Shown here one piece after another: positions 49,356-59,544 of a DNA stretch of 64,000 nt. Position 1 is the stretch's first letter; each line of letters opens with the position of its first letter. The translations under genes were made by a program, and so were the position numbers. Origin of the DNA: an uncultured Staphylococcaceae bacterium (GTDB taxonomy: Bacteria > Bacillota_I > Bacilli_A > RFN20 > CAG-826); assembly GCA_964546565.1 (NCBI GenBank), contig CAZJKC010000001.1:16997-80996 (forward strand), read 5' to 3'. The notes under the pieces are model-generated. The model saw only the letters and a program-made list of their open reading frames with translations. It was not told the origin of the DNA and did not search any database.

Positions 49356-50090
49356 GTGATTATTTTGAAAAATCTTCAAACAAGAATTGGCGATAAAAGA
49401 ACTCTTATTTTTCTTGATTTAGAAGGAACACAGTTTTCTCATGAAATGATTGCTTTCGGCGCTATAAAAGTGACACTTAATGAAGATTACTCAGTTAAAA
49501 AGGAATATCAAGGTATAAAACGTTACGTGCTAGCGCATCATTCGATTGGACGTATTGTTAGAGAATTAACCGGTCTAAATGAGGAAATGATTGCCGCAAA
49601 CGGTATTTCTTTTTATGACGCTATCGAAGATTTAAAAGAATATTGCTTAAGTGAAAACAAAAAAGTACTCTTTATAACATATGGAACACATGATTTACGC
49701 ATTATCGCTCGTTCGATGGAAGAATCACCAGAAGCTGATAAAGATTTTTGTGAATATATACTCCATAATACAATCGACTTATCGGCCGTTTTAGCACAAT
49801 ATGTACGCGATGAAAATGGCAATCCCTTGTCATTAATACATGCTTTAGAAGCCTTCGATATAACTATGTCCGGAGAGCCCCACGATCCATTAGTAGACGC
49901 CAAACACCTTTTGTTAATTTATCAAGCCTTATTAGAAAAAAAAGAAAAGCTCTTAATTCTTTATGAAAAAACCTTACGCAATTGGAAAGCGTTACCGCTT
50001 CCCATCCATATAATTATTCAACGATTAATCGATGGTAAAGATGTAACACATGAGGAATTTATCGACTTAATTAGTGCATATATCAAATAA
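49356..50090 (+). CDS. DnaQ-like 3'-5' exonuclease (KapD/YprB-like)
   Basis: DEDD exonuclease Exo I motif (LIFLDLEGTQFS) and C-terminal H-x4-D (HDPLVDA). True start may be the TTG at 49365. Confidence 0.7.
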   Translation: MIILKNLQTRIGDKRTLIFLDLEGTQFSHEMIAFGAIKVTLNEDYSVKKEYQGIKRYVLAHHSIGRIVRELTGLNEEMIAANGISFYDAIEDLKEYCLSENKKVLFITYGTHDLRIIARSMEESPEADKDFCEYILHNTIDLSAVLAQYVRDENGNPLSLIHALEAFDITMSGEPHDPLVDAKHLLLIYQALLEKKEKLLILYEKTLRNWKALPLPIHIIIQRLIDGKDVTHEEFIDLISAYIK

Positions 50091-50130
50091 TTCCGCTCAT
50101 AATAAAAGTGGGAAGTAAGGAGGACAAGCA

Positions 50131-50736
50131 ATGATTCGTTACCCTAATGGTATGGCCCCTTCCATAGAAAAAAAAGAGGACTCTGTACCAAAGAAAAGAA
50201 AAAATCGTATTAGTGCTTCAAATCGCGGTATGGATTTTGAAGGGGACATTAATCTCAGTAATATTTTTTATCGTGACAATCATCGTGCCTTAATTACTAA
50301 ACGTCCAACTCCCATAAATATCGTTAAAGTTGATTATTCTCATGGAGCTCATATTATTGATGCTTATTTTGAAACCCAGTCAACGACTGATTATAACGGG
50401 GTCTATCGTGGTAAGTATTTAGACTTTGAAGCGAAAAGTTGTCATAACAAAACCTCTTTTCCTCTTCACAATATTACCACTCATCAAATCGCTCATCTCC
50501 AAGGAGTTATTGAAAATGGTGGTATTGCCTTTTTCTTAATTAATTTTGTCATACAAGATGAAACTTACTTAGTCGATGCACAAGTGATTATTGATCAGTT
50601 TCTTCAAGGCAAAAGAAAATCCATTCCCTATAGTATTTTAAAGAATATTGGACATTTAGTACCTCAAAGTTATGCTCCCCGATTACAATACTTAGATGTT
50701 GTTGATGAGGTATATTTCCATGACAAAAATAATTAG
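50131..50736 (+). CDS. recU: Holliday junction resolvase RecU
   Basis: MIRYPNG... N-terminus and the RecU-specific region (GMDFEGDINLSN...YFETQS). Followed by ponA as in B. subtilis. Confidence 0.9.
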   Translation: MIRYPNGMAPSIEKKEDSVPKKRKNRISASNRGMDFEGDINLSNIFYRDNHRALITKRPTPINIVKVDYSHGAHIIDAYFETQSTTDYNGVYRGKYLDFEAKSCHNKTSFPLHNITTHQIAHLQGVIENGGIAFFLINFVIQDETYLVDAQVIIDQFLQGKRKSIPYSILKNIGHLVPQSYAPRLQYLDVVDEVYFHDKNN

Positions 50737-53035
50737 AAATCTTTCTTTAATTTTTACACTTATGATTATTTTAATAGCCAGTTTTTCTGGCTTTTTTGTT
50801 TACAACTCGTTAAAAGGAGTGCCCGCTATTAGCTTTAAATCCATGAAAAATCGTCCTCATTCAGTTATTTACGATGAAAGTGGTAATATTGTTGAAGTTC
50901 TTGGAGAAACCAAGGAAGAATACATCTCTTATAACGAAATACCTCCTATTCTCATTAATGCCTTACTTAGTATTGAAGATATTAATTTCTTTTCCCATCG
51001 TGGTGTTGATATTTCGCGAACATTCAAGGCTTTTTTAAATAATATTATTTCTTCTACTACCCAAGGAGGCTCAACCATTACTCAACAATTAGTAAAAAAC
51101 ACTATTTTAAATGGAGAACAAACTTATAAAAGAAAAATACAAGAAGCTTTTTTATCGTTGCAAATCGAAAAAGAATTAACCAAAGAAGAAATTCTAACTC
51201 TATATTTTAATTATGTCTATTTTGAACAATCTATTCCTGGCGTTCGTTACGCATCAAAAAGATACTTTAACAAAGATGTCACCCTTATTACTTTACCAGA
51301 AGCCGCTTTATTAGCGGGAATTGTCAAATCGGCAAGCTTTTATAATCCTTTTAAATATCCAGACCGCATTAATGAAAGAAAAAACCTTGTCCTTGATAAA
51401 ATGTACGAATATGGATTTATTTCCCAAAATGAAAAAGTTATTGCTAAAAATACTCATGTGCAGCAATTGATTGTCAATCCTAACGATAATTATCAAGAAC
51501 CCACATATCGTTTTCAAAGCTATCTCGATGTTGTGTATTTAGAAATAGAGAAAATATGTGGATTAAATCCATATAATGTTCCACTAGAAATCCATACATA
51601 TTTGGATTCTTCTTTACAAAATCATTTAGACCAAATACAAGATGGTGAGGTAATTGAATTCACCGATAACAATCAACAAATCGGAGGAAGTGTCATTCGT
51701 AATAGTGACTGCGCTTTAATAGGAGTAATCGGTGGAAAAGATTATAAAGGAGCGCGTATCTTTAATCGCGCATATTCACTAAAAAGACAACCTGCTTCGA
51801 CCATTAAGCCTCTTTTTGGTTATCTTTTAGCCGCCGAATATCTTCATTATAACGAGGCCACAAGTGTTTTAGATGCCCCCTATACATATCCCAATAGCGA
51901 CATTACTGTTCAAAACGCTGATCACACATATAACGGATTTATACCCATGGTGGACGCTCTTGGATATTCTAAAAATACTTCTGCGTTATTTACTTTAGAA
52001 AAAGTAATAAATAAAATAGGACTTAAAAAAACTGAACAACATTTAAAAGATATCGGTCTAATGGATGAGGGGCCCTTTTCTTATTCCTATGGTATTGGGG
52101 GAATGACCTATGGTATTTCACCAACTGCTCTTGCTAATGCTTATGCTTTATTAAACCGCAATGGCGAATATTTACCCACATCAACAATCGCTTATATTAA
52201 GAATATCGAAACGGGAGAAATAATATATCAACGATCCTTAAAAGGAAAACAAGTAGTGAGCAAAGAAAGTGCCTTTCAAATAGCCAACACTCTCATAAAT
52301 GTTGTTAAAAACGATTATTACCATATCGGTGTTGTGCGTGTCGATGGTGTGCAAATTGGGGCTAAAACAGGAACAAATGGCTATGATAAAAAGGCCGCAA
52401 GTGCTTTAAATTATCCTCTTTATGCCGATAAAGATTCATGGATTGCAGGTTTTTCAAAAGACTATACAATGGCCGTTTGGAGTGGATTTGATAATGCCGA
52501 AAAAGGTGATACTAATTACTTTACAAAAAATGATAAAAGACGCTTAATACCCAAAAAGATTTTTCAAAATGTGATGCAATTTATTGCCAATAAAAACAGC
52601 AAAATATCTTCGCCTTCTAGTTTAATACCAATAAACGTTGTTAAAGGCACAGAAAACTATTATTTGCCCAACAAATATATTCCTTCTTATTATCAAGTTA
52701 CTGGTTATTTTTATCCTAATGAAATACCCAATAATATTCTACCCGACCCCATTTTACCTTATATATATAATGCAAAAGTCTATCTTTTCGATGATGAAAT
52801 ACAAGTGGAATGGGAAAGTCAAATAACCGATTCACAAGTCTTTGATTATCGAAAAATATGGGGGGATTACATCTATCAAGTGACATATGAAAATAATGAT
52901 GAAAAAAACATTATATACACCAATAGTAATAAAATAATTATTCCTTATAATTCACCAATTAAGTATTTAGAAATTACGCCATGTTATACACAAAAAAAAG
53001 ATGTCACTGGGACACCTTACTATCTATTTTTATAA
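50720..53035 (+). CDS. ponA: penicillin-binding protein 1A/1B (class A, bifunctional)
   Basis: GT51 motifs (EDINFFSHRG, GGSTITQQ). Transpeptidase motifs STIKP and KTGT. Confidence 0.9.
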   Translation: MTKIIRNLSLIFTLMIILIASFSGFFVYNSLKGVPAISFKSMKNRPHSVIYDESGNIVEVLGETKEEYISYNEIPPILINALLSIEDINFFSHRGVDISRTFKAFLNNIISSTTQGGSTITQQLVKNTILNGEQTYKRKIQEAFLSLQIEKELTKEEILTLYFNYVYFEQSIPGVRYASKRYFNKDVTLITLPEAALLAGIVKSASFYNPFKYPDRINERKNLVLDKMYEYGFISQNEKVIAKNTHVQQLIVNPNDNYQEPTYRFQSYLDVVYLEIEKICGLNPYNVPLEIHTYLDSSLQNHLDQIQDGEVIEFTDNNQQIGGSVIRNSDCALIGVIGGKDYKGARIFNRAYSLKRQPASTIKPLFGYLLAAEYLHYNEATSVLDAPYTYPNSDITVQNADHTYNGFIPMVDALGYSKNTSALFTLEKVINKIGLKKTEQHLKDIGLMDEGPFSYSYGIGGMTYGISPTALANAYALLNRNGEYLPTSTIAYIKNIETGEIIYQRSLKGKQVVSKESAFQIANTLINVVKNDYYHIGVVRVDGVQIGAKTGTNGYDKKAASALNYPLYADKDSWIAGFSKDYTMAVWSGFDNAEKGDTNYFTKNDKRRLIPKKIFQNVMQFIANKNSKISSPSSLIPINVVKGTENYYLPNKYIPSYYQVTGYFYPNEIPNNILPDPILPYIYNAKVYLFDDEIQVEWESQITDSQVFDYRKIWGDYIYQVTYENNDEKNIIYTNSNKIIIPYNSPIKYLEITPCYTQKKDVTGTPYYLFL

Positions 53036-53664
53036 TGACATATATCGGCTATTTTGCAATCAAGACATTTGGGGCTCATAGCTTTACAATAATATCTTCC
53101 AAAATGTATCATTTGATGATGAATCTTAATATATTGACTTTGTTGCAATTGTTGCCGTAATTTCTTTTCAACAGCCCTAACATCGTCACTAGAAGAAGCA
53201 AATCCTAATCTTTTCGAGATTCGCGCAACATGGGTATCAACTGCCATCTCCGGAATACCAAATAATTCCATTCTGACCACGTTTGCTGTTTTATTACCTA
53301 CTCCTGGTAAGGACATTAAATCTTCTTTATCTGAAGGAACGCGTCCATCAAATTTTGATAATAAAATCTGGGCAATTTTAATTAAATTAATAGCTTTCTG
53401 ATGATACATTCCAATCGATTTAATACATTTTTCAACATCATCAATCTTGGCTTTAGCTAAATCATTTAATGAAGGATATAAACCAAACAATTCCTTAGTA
53501 ACTTTATTAACACTTTTATCAGTTGTTTGGGCGCTAAGCATAACGGCCATTAATAATTCATAATCGGTATGATATATTAATTCGCATCCTGCATGAGGAA
53601 ATAGTTCATCAAAATAGTCATAAATACGATTTAATTCATTTTGATTTTTAATCATCATTATCAA
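53020..53664 (-). CDS. nth: endonuclease III
   Basis: HhH-GPD (LPGVGNKTANVV) and a C-terminal 4Cys FeS loop (CKAMSPKCLDCKIADIC). Confidence 0.9.
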   Translation of the reverse strand: MIMMIKNQNELNRIYDYFDELFPHAGCELIYHTDYELLMAVMLSAQTTDKSVNKVTKELFGLYPSLNDLAKAKIDDVEKCIKSIGMYHQKAINLIKIAQILLSKFDGRVPSDKEDLMSLPGVGNKTANVVRMELFGIPEMAVDTHVARISKRLGFASSSDDVRAVEKKLRQQLQQSQYIKIHHQMIHFGRYYCKAMSPKCLDCKIADICHYKNR

Positions 53665-54304
53665 CCCATTTTTGTGAGGCTATGGCAATGGTTTGATCAA
53701 TATCCTTATCCCATTTATCACTAATAGCGGAATAACCTTCTTTTTTGATATCACTACTTGTTGTTCTTTTAATCAGTATCTTATCAATTGCTCGTATGGA
53801 ACGCCTGTTATTTCTTAATGCTTCATGCAAGGCATCAATAATAACATCTTCTGAATATCCAAAACTTATCCATTCCCGTATTTTTTGAAATTCAGCTGGC
53901 GATAAACTTCGCGATAATTCCTTTTCAAAAATACTATATATATTTTGTATTTGATCATCAAGTTCATGATTTAAACTTTCTTCGCGTTGCTTTAAAACAT
54001 CTAATTCAAATTCACGATATAATCGACGCCATAAAGGACTTAATGTGGTTTTCATTTCTTGGGAAGAACAGTCATATTCAATCATTTTCTTCGATAGAAG
54101 ATTGCTTAAAACACAATCTATATTTTGAATTGAAAGGGTCATTTTTAATGATAAAAGTTCTTGCGTAATAAAACTATTCCCTTGCTTAAGTAGATGATTT
54201 ATCATTAAAATCACCGCTAATTCATTTTCCGTAATACCTAGTTTTTTGTATTTTTCTAAAAGTAGATAATCCATATCTATTCCATTATATATATTTCTTT
54301 CCAC
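53648..54304 (-). CDS. dnaD: DnaD-domain replication initiation/membrane attachment protein
   Basis: ~218 aa. Position upstream of nth (dnaD-nth in B. subtilis). C-terminal DnaD/DDBH2-like region. Confidence 0.7.
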   Translation of the reverse strand: MERNIYNGIDMDYLLLEKYKKLGITENELAVILMINHLLKQGNSFITQELLSLKMTLSIQNIDCVLSNLLSKKMIEYDCSSQEMKTTLSPLWRRLYREFELDVLKQREESLNHELDDQIQNIYSIFEKELSRSLSPAEFQKIREWISFGYSEDVIIDALHEALRNNRRSIRAIDKILIKRTTSSDIKKEGYSAISDKWDKDIDQTIAIASQKWVDNDD

Positions 54305-54360
54305 TTTTGACCAACTCCTTATTGCTCTATTCTATCATATTTTTTAGTTATAAAATAAAA

Positions 54361-55026
54361 TCATTTCGAAAATGTAATATGATATTCTGTTAAAATCCTT
54401 TCCGTTTCATCTAAAGAAATCTTTTTCATTTTATTTATTTCCTCTAAAACCTTTTGAGGATTTAAATTATCTAGTAAATAAATCAATTCATGGGCAGCGT
54501 TTTGTGTCTTTTCATCGAGCATAAAATGTGTTTTAAGTGCAAAACGTAAACAACGAAATATTCTTAAAGGATCTTCTTTGAAACGAACATATGGATCACC
54601 TATGGTCTTGATAATACCACTCTTTAAATCATTCAACCCTCCATAAAAATCATATGTATTTAAATCTTTATCAATGTATATAGCGTTTATTGTAAAATCA
54701 CGTCTTTTAGCATCTTCTTGCATTGAGGTTGTAAATTGAATGGTGGCTGGATGGCGATAATCTAAATAATCGCTTTCCTTACGAAAGGTCGCGATATCAA
54801 CATGTAAATTATCATATTTATATTTTACAATACCATATTTTATGAACGTGATATCACCATCATCTAAAATTTCAAGGACCGTTTGCGGAGTGGCATCAGT
54901 CACTAAATCCATGTCAAAACAAGCAATTTTCAAAAGAAAATCACGAGATGACCCTCCAATCAAATATAAATGATATCCATGTTGTGCGAAGCGATTCGCT
55001 AAAGAGATAAATAATTCATAAAACAT
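54361..55026 (-). CDS. cca: tRNA nucleotidyltransferase (CCA-adding) head/neck domains only, possibly truncated
   Basis: GGSSRD, DMD and RRDFTINA motifs of polymerase-beta-type NTase. Only 221 aa against ~400 for full-length Cca. Confidence 0.6.
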   Translation of the reverse strand: MFYELFISLANRFAQHGYHLYLIGGSSRDFLLKIACFDMDLVTDATPQTVLEILDDGDITFIKYGIVKYKYDNLHVDIATFRKESDYLDYRHPATIQFTTSMQEDAKRRDFTINAIYIDKDLNTYDFYGGLNDLKSGIIKTIGDPYVRFKEDPLRIFRCLRFALKTHFMLDEKTQNAAHELIYLLDNLNPQKVLEEINKMKKISLDETERILTEYHITFSK

Positions 55027-55028
55027 TG

Positions 55029-55682
55029 TTATTCTTTCCTTTTTCTAATAATTCCTCGTCTTTTTTCACTTGATATATTTTCAATTATTTGAAAAACACC
55101 TTCCGCATAAGCCTTCCTCGTCAAGCAATGATGTGAAATGGTAATTTCCTCAAATTGATTTTTCAAACATATCTCGTGTTCATATACAAATACTTTAACA
55201 CGATTGGAAATAATCGGTATTTTCTTTTGATCATCAAAGCACCTCTTAAGCATTTTACTTGTCCCACTTGGACAATCCTTTTTAGATTCATGATGCGTTT
55301 CCGAAATAGCAATTGTTTCAAATAATGGGTCTAATTGTTTCAAGAAAGAACACAATATTTCCATAGATGGTAAATAATTCTCTAAAAGATAAACTATCAT
55401 TTTCTCTTTTCGTGCAATTTTATCCCATTCTTTTATCATATCTTCACCAATATCAGTCGTGCCAATTATTAATGGTATATGATGACGACATGCAAAATCA
55501 AAAGCATATGCACTTCCTTGTGAAGAAGAAAAATCAATCAATAAATCAATATCGTGATAACCTTCATATTTCCAAAGGGGGTGATCAATATCAACACCAA
55601 AAATATTATATCCTTTTTCCTTTCCTAGTTGATATATTTCGTTACCTGTTTTACCGCTATAACCTTGTAGAATAATGTTCAT
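55029..55682 (-). CDS. dapB: 4-hydroxy-tetrahydrodipicolinate reductase
   Basis: GYSGKTG NAD loop and E-x-HHxxKxDxPSGT signature (ETHHESKKDCPSGTS). Start at the ATG at 55682 after SD AAGGAG. Confidence 0.8.
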   Translation of the reverse strand: MNIILQGYSGKTGNEIYQLGKEKGYNIFGVDIDHPLWKYEGYHDIDLLIDFSSSQGSAYAFDFACRHHIPLIIGTTDIGEDMIKEWDKIARKEKMIVYLLENYLPSMEILCSFLKQLDPLFETIAISETHHESKKDCPSGTSKMLKRCFDDQKKIPIISNRVKVFVYEHEICLKNQFEEITISHHCLTRKAYAEGVFQIIENISSEKRRGIIRKRKE

Positions 55683-55736
55683 AATATTTAATCTCCTTCT
55701 ACAAGTTATGAATAAAAACGGAAAAAAATAATAAAA

Positions 55737-55762
55737 AAAGATGACTCGCGTCATTCTTTTTT
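55737..55762 (-). terminator. probable terminator downstream of hup
   Basis: Short ATGAC/GTCAT hairpin followed by T7 on the minus strand. Confidence 0.45.
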
Positions 55763-55768
55763 ATTAAA

Positions 55769-56041
55769 TTAATTAACTTTGTCTTTAAGAGCTTTAGCAG
55801 CCTTAAATGAAATTGATTTAGCAGCAGCGATATCAATTGTTTCTCCTGTAGCAGGATTAACACCTTTACGAGCAGCACGTTCCTTAACAGCAAAGTTACC
55901 AAATCCGGCCAATTTAACATCTTCGCCATTAGCAAGTGCTGAAGAAACTGAAGCAAGTACTGCATCAATGGCATTTGCGGCATCTTTTTTTGTTAAATGA
56001 GCAGCATTTGCAACCATATCAACTAATTCAAGTTTGTTCAT
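55769..56041 (-). CDS. hup: DNA-binding protein HU
   Basis: [11 protein letters not shown]... and [22 protein letters not shown], the classic HU signature. Confidence 0.95.
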   Translation of the reverse strand: MNKLELVDMVANAAHLTKKDAANAIDAVLASVSSALANGEDVKLAGFGNFAVKERAARKGVNPATGETIDIAAAKSISFKAAKALKDKVN

Positions 56042-56225
56042 TTTTTTTCCTCCATGAGATTTGTTTTCTTAAAAATAACATAGTTGATAACCTTTATCAA
56101 GATATTAACATCGACTTTTCTCATAACCGTCATAAAATATTTACATTTATATCATTTTGATAATAACTAAAGAAATGCTATACTATAAATAACGAAAAAA
56201 AATATTCATAGCAAGGAGGATTTTT

Positions 56226-57590
56226 ATGAATAAACATTTTATTGAAGAAGTGAAAATGGGATCAGGATATGCAATTTATATGCTTTCACCATCTAATGGT
56301 GGCGGGGCTGGCAAGTATCGTAAAGAAATAGAATATATATTGACCCATGATTTAAAAACAGTAAATAATCTTGATTCTTTTATTCATAGTTTAATTTTAT
56401 GTTCTGGTGATGCCGATTATTATTTGCATTTTTTAGAAGAAACATTAAAGAAAAAGAAGATCCGTTTAAATACTTTTTATAATGTAGCTATACAATTATC
56501 ATTTTTTGCTCAAAAAGATTCATCAATCATTAAGCAAATACTTGTTCCCTATGCCATTAATTTCATTAAAGAAACAACTAATTTTTATAAAAATAGCATT
56601 GATAAACTCGATATAATGCTTTTTGTTATTTATAACAATAGTCCCGAAGCTATTTTACCAATATTAAAGCTTCTTACTGAACATAAATCATTCAAAAAGC
56701 TTAGTAAATTATTATTCAATTTTACTTTCTTACAAGATTATATTGATGAACTTATTGACGCTAAAATAGACGATGAATATATATTTGGGGAAGAACGTGA
56801 AAATGAATTTGCTAAATATAATCACAAATGTACAATGAAAGAAATTGGTATTTACTTTGATAGCATAGATGAAATAATCGAATTAGTTGGAGAAGATGAA
56901 ATAGACTTTGACAAAATAGATCCATTAACTTCTAAAACGAAAAATTATTTATTTGAATATGTCATTAATGAACGTTATTCTTTAAAAGCAAAAAGCGCTA
57001 TTTTAACATTCATTTACTCACAGTTTATGATTAAGGTATTAACCATCAAACAAAAACTACAATTAATTGATTTATTTTATAATCATATTGGCGAAGATGA
57101 AGAATTCGACTATTTACTTTTAAGTATATTTCAATATGTTCGACATCCAAGAATACGGTCTTTAGCAAAATACTTAATTAAAAAGGAACTATATTTAGAA
57201 GAGGCCGCAATACTTCTTGCATATAACATAAAAAATGACAAAGACGCAACTATGTTAGCCAACATATGGAGTAATATTGATTATCGTAACTACTATTACA
57301 ATCAACTTGAAATAATAGAAGCCTCTTTAACAAAACTATATTTCAAATATTATGAAAGAAATAAACTTAAAATGATTGATGATTTCTACCCATATGTATT
57401 ACTTCGTCATATGTTTAATAGTTCCCAAAATGCAAGTTTACGTCATGACATGGCCATCATTTTAGAACAAAAAGATATGTTATCAACAAGAGATTATGGA
57501 GCTTTAGCCTTCGATTCAACTTCATTTGAAAGTAGTTATTTTAAAGAGAGATATGAAAGCATAATCAAAGAAGAGAAAAATAAAGATTAG
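56226..57590 (+). CDS. hypothetical all-alpha protein (454 aa)
   Basis: Long AT-rich ORF between hup and spoIVA. No motif recognised. Confidence 0.5.
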   Translation: MNKHFIEEVKMGSGYAIYMLSPSNGGGAGKYRKEIEYILTHDLKTVNNLDSFIHSLILCSGDADYYLHFLEETLKKKKIRLNTFYNVAIQLSFFAQKDSSIIKQILVPYAINFIKETTNFYKNSIDKLDIMLFVIYNNSPEAILPILKLLTEHKSFKKLSKLLFNFTFLQDYIDELIDAKIDDEYIFGEERENEFAKYNHKCTMKEIGIYFDSIDEIIELVGEDEIDFDKIDPLTSKTKNYLFEYVINERYSLKAKSAILTFIYSQFMIKVLTIKQKLQLIDLFYNHIGEDEEFDYLLLSIFQYVRHPRIRSLAKYLIKKELYLEEAAILLAYNIKNDKDATMLANIWSNIDYRNYYYNQLEIIEASLTKLYFKYYERNKLKMIDDFYPYVLLRHMFNSSQNASLRHDMAIILEQKDMLSTRDYGALAFDSTSFESSYFKERYESIIKEEKNKD

Positions 57591-57664
57591 TAAAAAAACG
57601 ATTGTTTTATTTAAAAAAGTATTATAAAAGCCATACATTTTTAGCTTGTATGGCTTTTTTGTCA

Positions 57665-59140
57665 TTAAAAAACAAACGCTATTAAATTCCCTTTACCTTT
57701 ATTAGTTATTGTTTTTAACAATTGTTGCATCTTGATCTTTACAGGTTCGGGCATGGTTTGCAATTTAGAACTTACTCCTGCTTTTAAAATGTCTTTAAAT
57801 TGTTGACCAAACATTTCACAATCTAAAACTGCTAATGGGCCATTTTCATAGGCTTTTAATAAGTTATCAATAAAGTAATCACTTTGCATTTTTGATCCTA
57901 ATATCGGTTCAAAAGATGTTTCTAAATCCACTTTAATAATGTGGTATGTTGGCGCTGTCGCATGTACTTTTATTCCATATCGATTCCCAATTTTAGTAGT
58001 ACACGGCTTATCAATAGATAATTGGTCAAAACTAACGTTAGTGAATCCATATCCTGTATTTTCCGCCATTTCTAAAGCCGATGATATTAAATCATATTTT
58101 CTTTTTGCTTTTACAAATTCTGTCAGAACTGTCATTAATTCAGCTTTATCAGTTATTTCACATCCTACAATATCGTGTAATACCTTTTCATACAATTCAT
58201 CGGACACTTTAATTTCAACTGTTACCACTCCACTACCTGTATCAACATTAGTAATACTTGATTCTAAGACATTATCATTTTCTTGCAGAACTTTCGTAAT
58301 ATAATCTACGTCACGTACTATATGAGCCTCTTGCATAGCAGAGGATATAGAATCATTTATACTTACTTTTAATGAATGCTCTTCATCTAAAGCGGCTACC
58401 CATTTTGGTAAAGCAACATCAATACTGGTAATAGGGAATTGATATAATGCTTCTTTTAATACTAAAAGTGCATCATTTTCATTCATCAACTCAGCATTTA
58501 ATGGAATAACTGGCACTTGGTATTGTTCTTTTAACTTTTCAACTAATTCTAAAGTCTTGGCATCTTGAGGAATAGTTGAATTTAACACTACTACAAAAGG
58601 ACGTTCTGTCTCTTTCATTTTAATAATGATTTCTTCTTCGGCTTTTTGATAATCTTCATAAGCAAAGTCAGTGACAGTACCATCAGTTAATACCACTATA
58701 CCTAGCGTTGAATGCTCTTTGATAACCTTTTCGGTGCCAATTCTCGCTGCTTCATCAAAAGGAATCGTTTCATTAAACCATGGTGTTTTCACCATTCGCA
58801 TTTGTCCATCTTCAAGATATCCATTAGCGGCCTCAATAACAAAACCAACGCAATCAATCATTCTAATGCGTACACTTAATGAATCGTCTATTTGTAAAGA
58901 TACGCCAGTCGCAGGGACAAATTTAGGCTCGACAGTCATAATCGTCTTGCCATTCCCTGATTGTGGTAATTCATCTCGAGCACGACTCTTTTCTTCTTCA
59001 CTAATATAGGGAAGAACAGCCACTTCCATAAAACGTTTGATAAACGTGGATTTCCCAACTCTAACTGGTCCTACGACTCCTAAATAAACATCGCCATTAT
59101 TTCTTTCTCCGATATCTTTAAAAATGGTGAATGCATCCAT
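57665..59140 (-). CDS. spoIVA: stage IV sporulation protein A (coat basement-layer ATPase)
   Basis: Near-identity to the B. subtilis SpoIVA N-terminus (IFKDIGERNNGDVYLGVVGPVRVGKSTFIKRFME). Confidence 0.95.
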   Translation of the reverse strand: MDAFTIFKDIGERNNGDVYLGVVGPVRVGKSTFIKRFMEVAVLPYISEEEKSRARDELPQSGNGKTIMTVEPKFVPATGVSLQIDDSLSVRIRMIDCVGFVIEAANGYLEDGQMRMVKTPWFNETIPFDEAARIGTEKVIKEHSTLGIVVLTDGTVTDFAYEDYQKAEEEIIIKMKETERPFVVVLNSTIPQDAKTLELVEKLKEQYQVPVIPLNAELMNENDALLVLKEALYQFPITSIDVALPKWVAALDEEHSLKVSINDSISSAMQEAHIVRDVDYITKVLQENDNVLESSITNVDTGSGVVTVEIKVSDELYEKVLHDIVGCEITDKAELMTVLTEFVKAKRKYDLISSALEMAENTGYGFTNVSFDQLSIDKPCTTKIGNRYGIKVHATAPTYHIIKVDLETSFEPILGSKMQSDYFIDNLLKAYENGPLAVLDCEMFGQQFKDILKAGVSSKLQTMPEPVKIKMQQLLKTITNKGKGNLIAFVF

Positions 59141-59263
59141 TCTTATTCCTCCTCATGGCTATAAGCCTTTTCATAAAATATGTATGATGCATTATCTTTT
59201 TTTAGAACAAAATAAAAAGACCATTATCCAAAATGAATTGAAACAATAGTCTTTTTTTCTTTT

Positions 59264-59500
59264 TTATAGCATTTTGCCTAAATCTTTTGGCACTTTATCT
59301 TTTTTAACAGCACTAATAATTTTTTCCGTTTTTTCTTCGCTAACATCTTTACCAGCCATTTCCGCAACTTTCTTTATCAAACTACGGAGATTATCTTCAT
59401 TACTTAAATCCTGACCCGATACCGATTTAGCAAGACTTAGAATGTCTTCTTTTTTTACATGTGCCCGTTTCTCAACTTTATCAAAAATTGAATCACTCAT
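59264..59500 (-). CDS. SpoVIF-like small sporulation protein
   Basis: 78 aa. Pattern F..VEKR..V...D...LAKSV...DL..E...R.LI..VA.MAG..VS similar to the stage VI sporulation protein F family (from memory). Confidence 0.5.
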   Translation of the reverse strand: MSDSIFDKVEKRAHVKKEDILSLAKSVSGQDLSNEDNLRSLIKKVAEMAGKDVSEEKTEKIISAVKKDKVPKDLGKML

Positions 59501-59544
59501 TTATATCACCCATTAAATTATATGAATAAATGGGCGAATGGTTA

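Noticed and set aside
55699-56160. ORFs 55699..55983(-), 55779..56000(+) and 55936..56160(+)
   Set aside because: They overlap the highly conserved hup gene in other frames or strands. Spurious.
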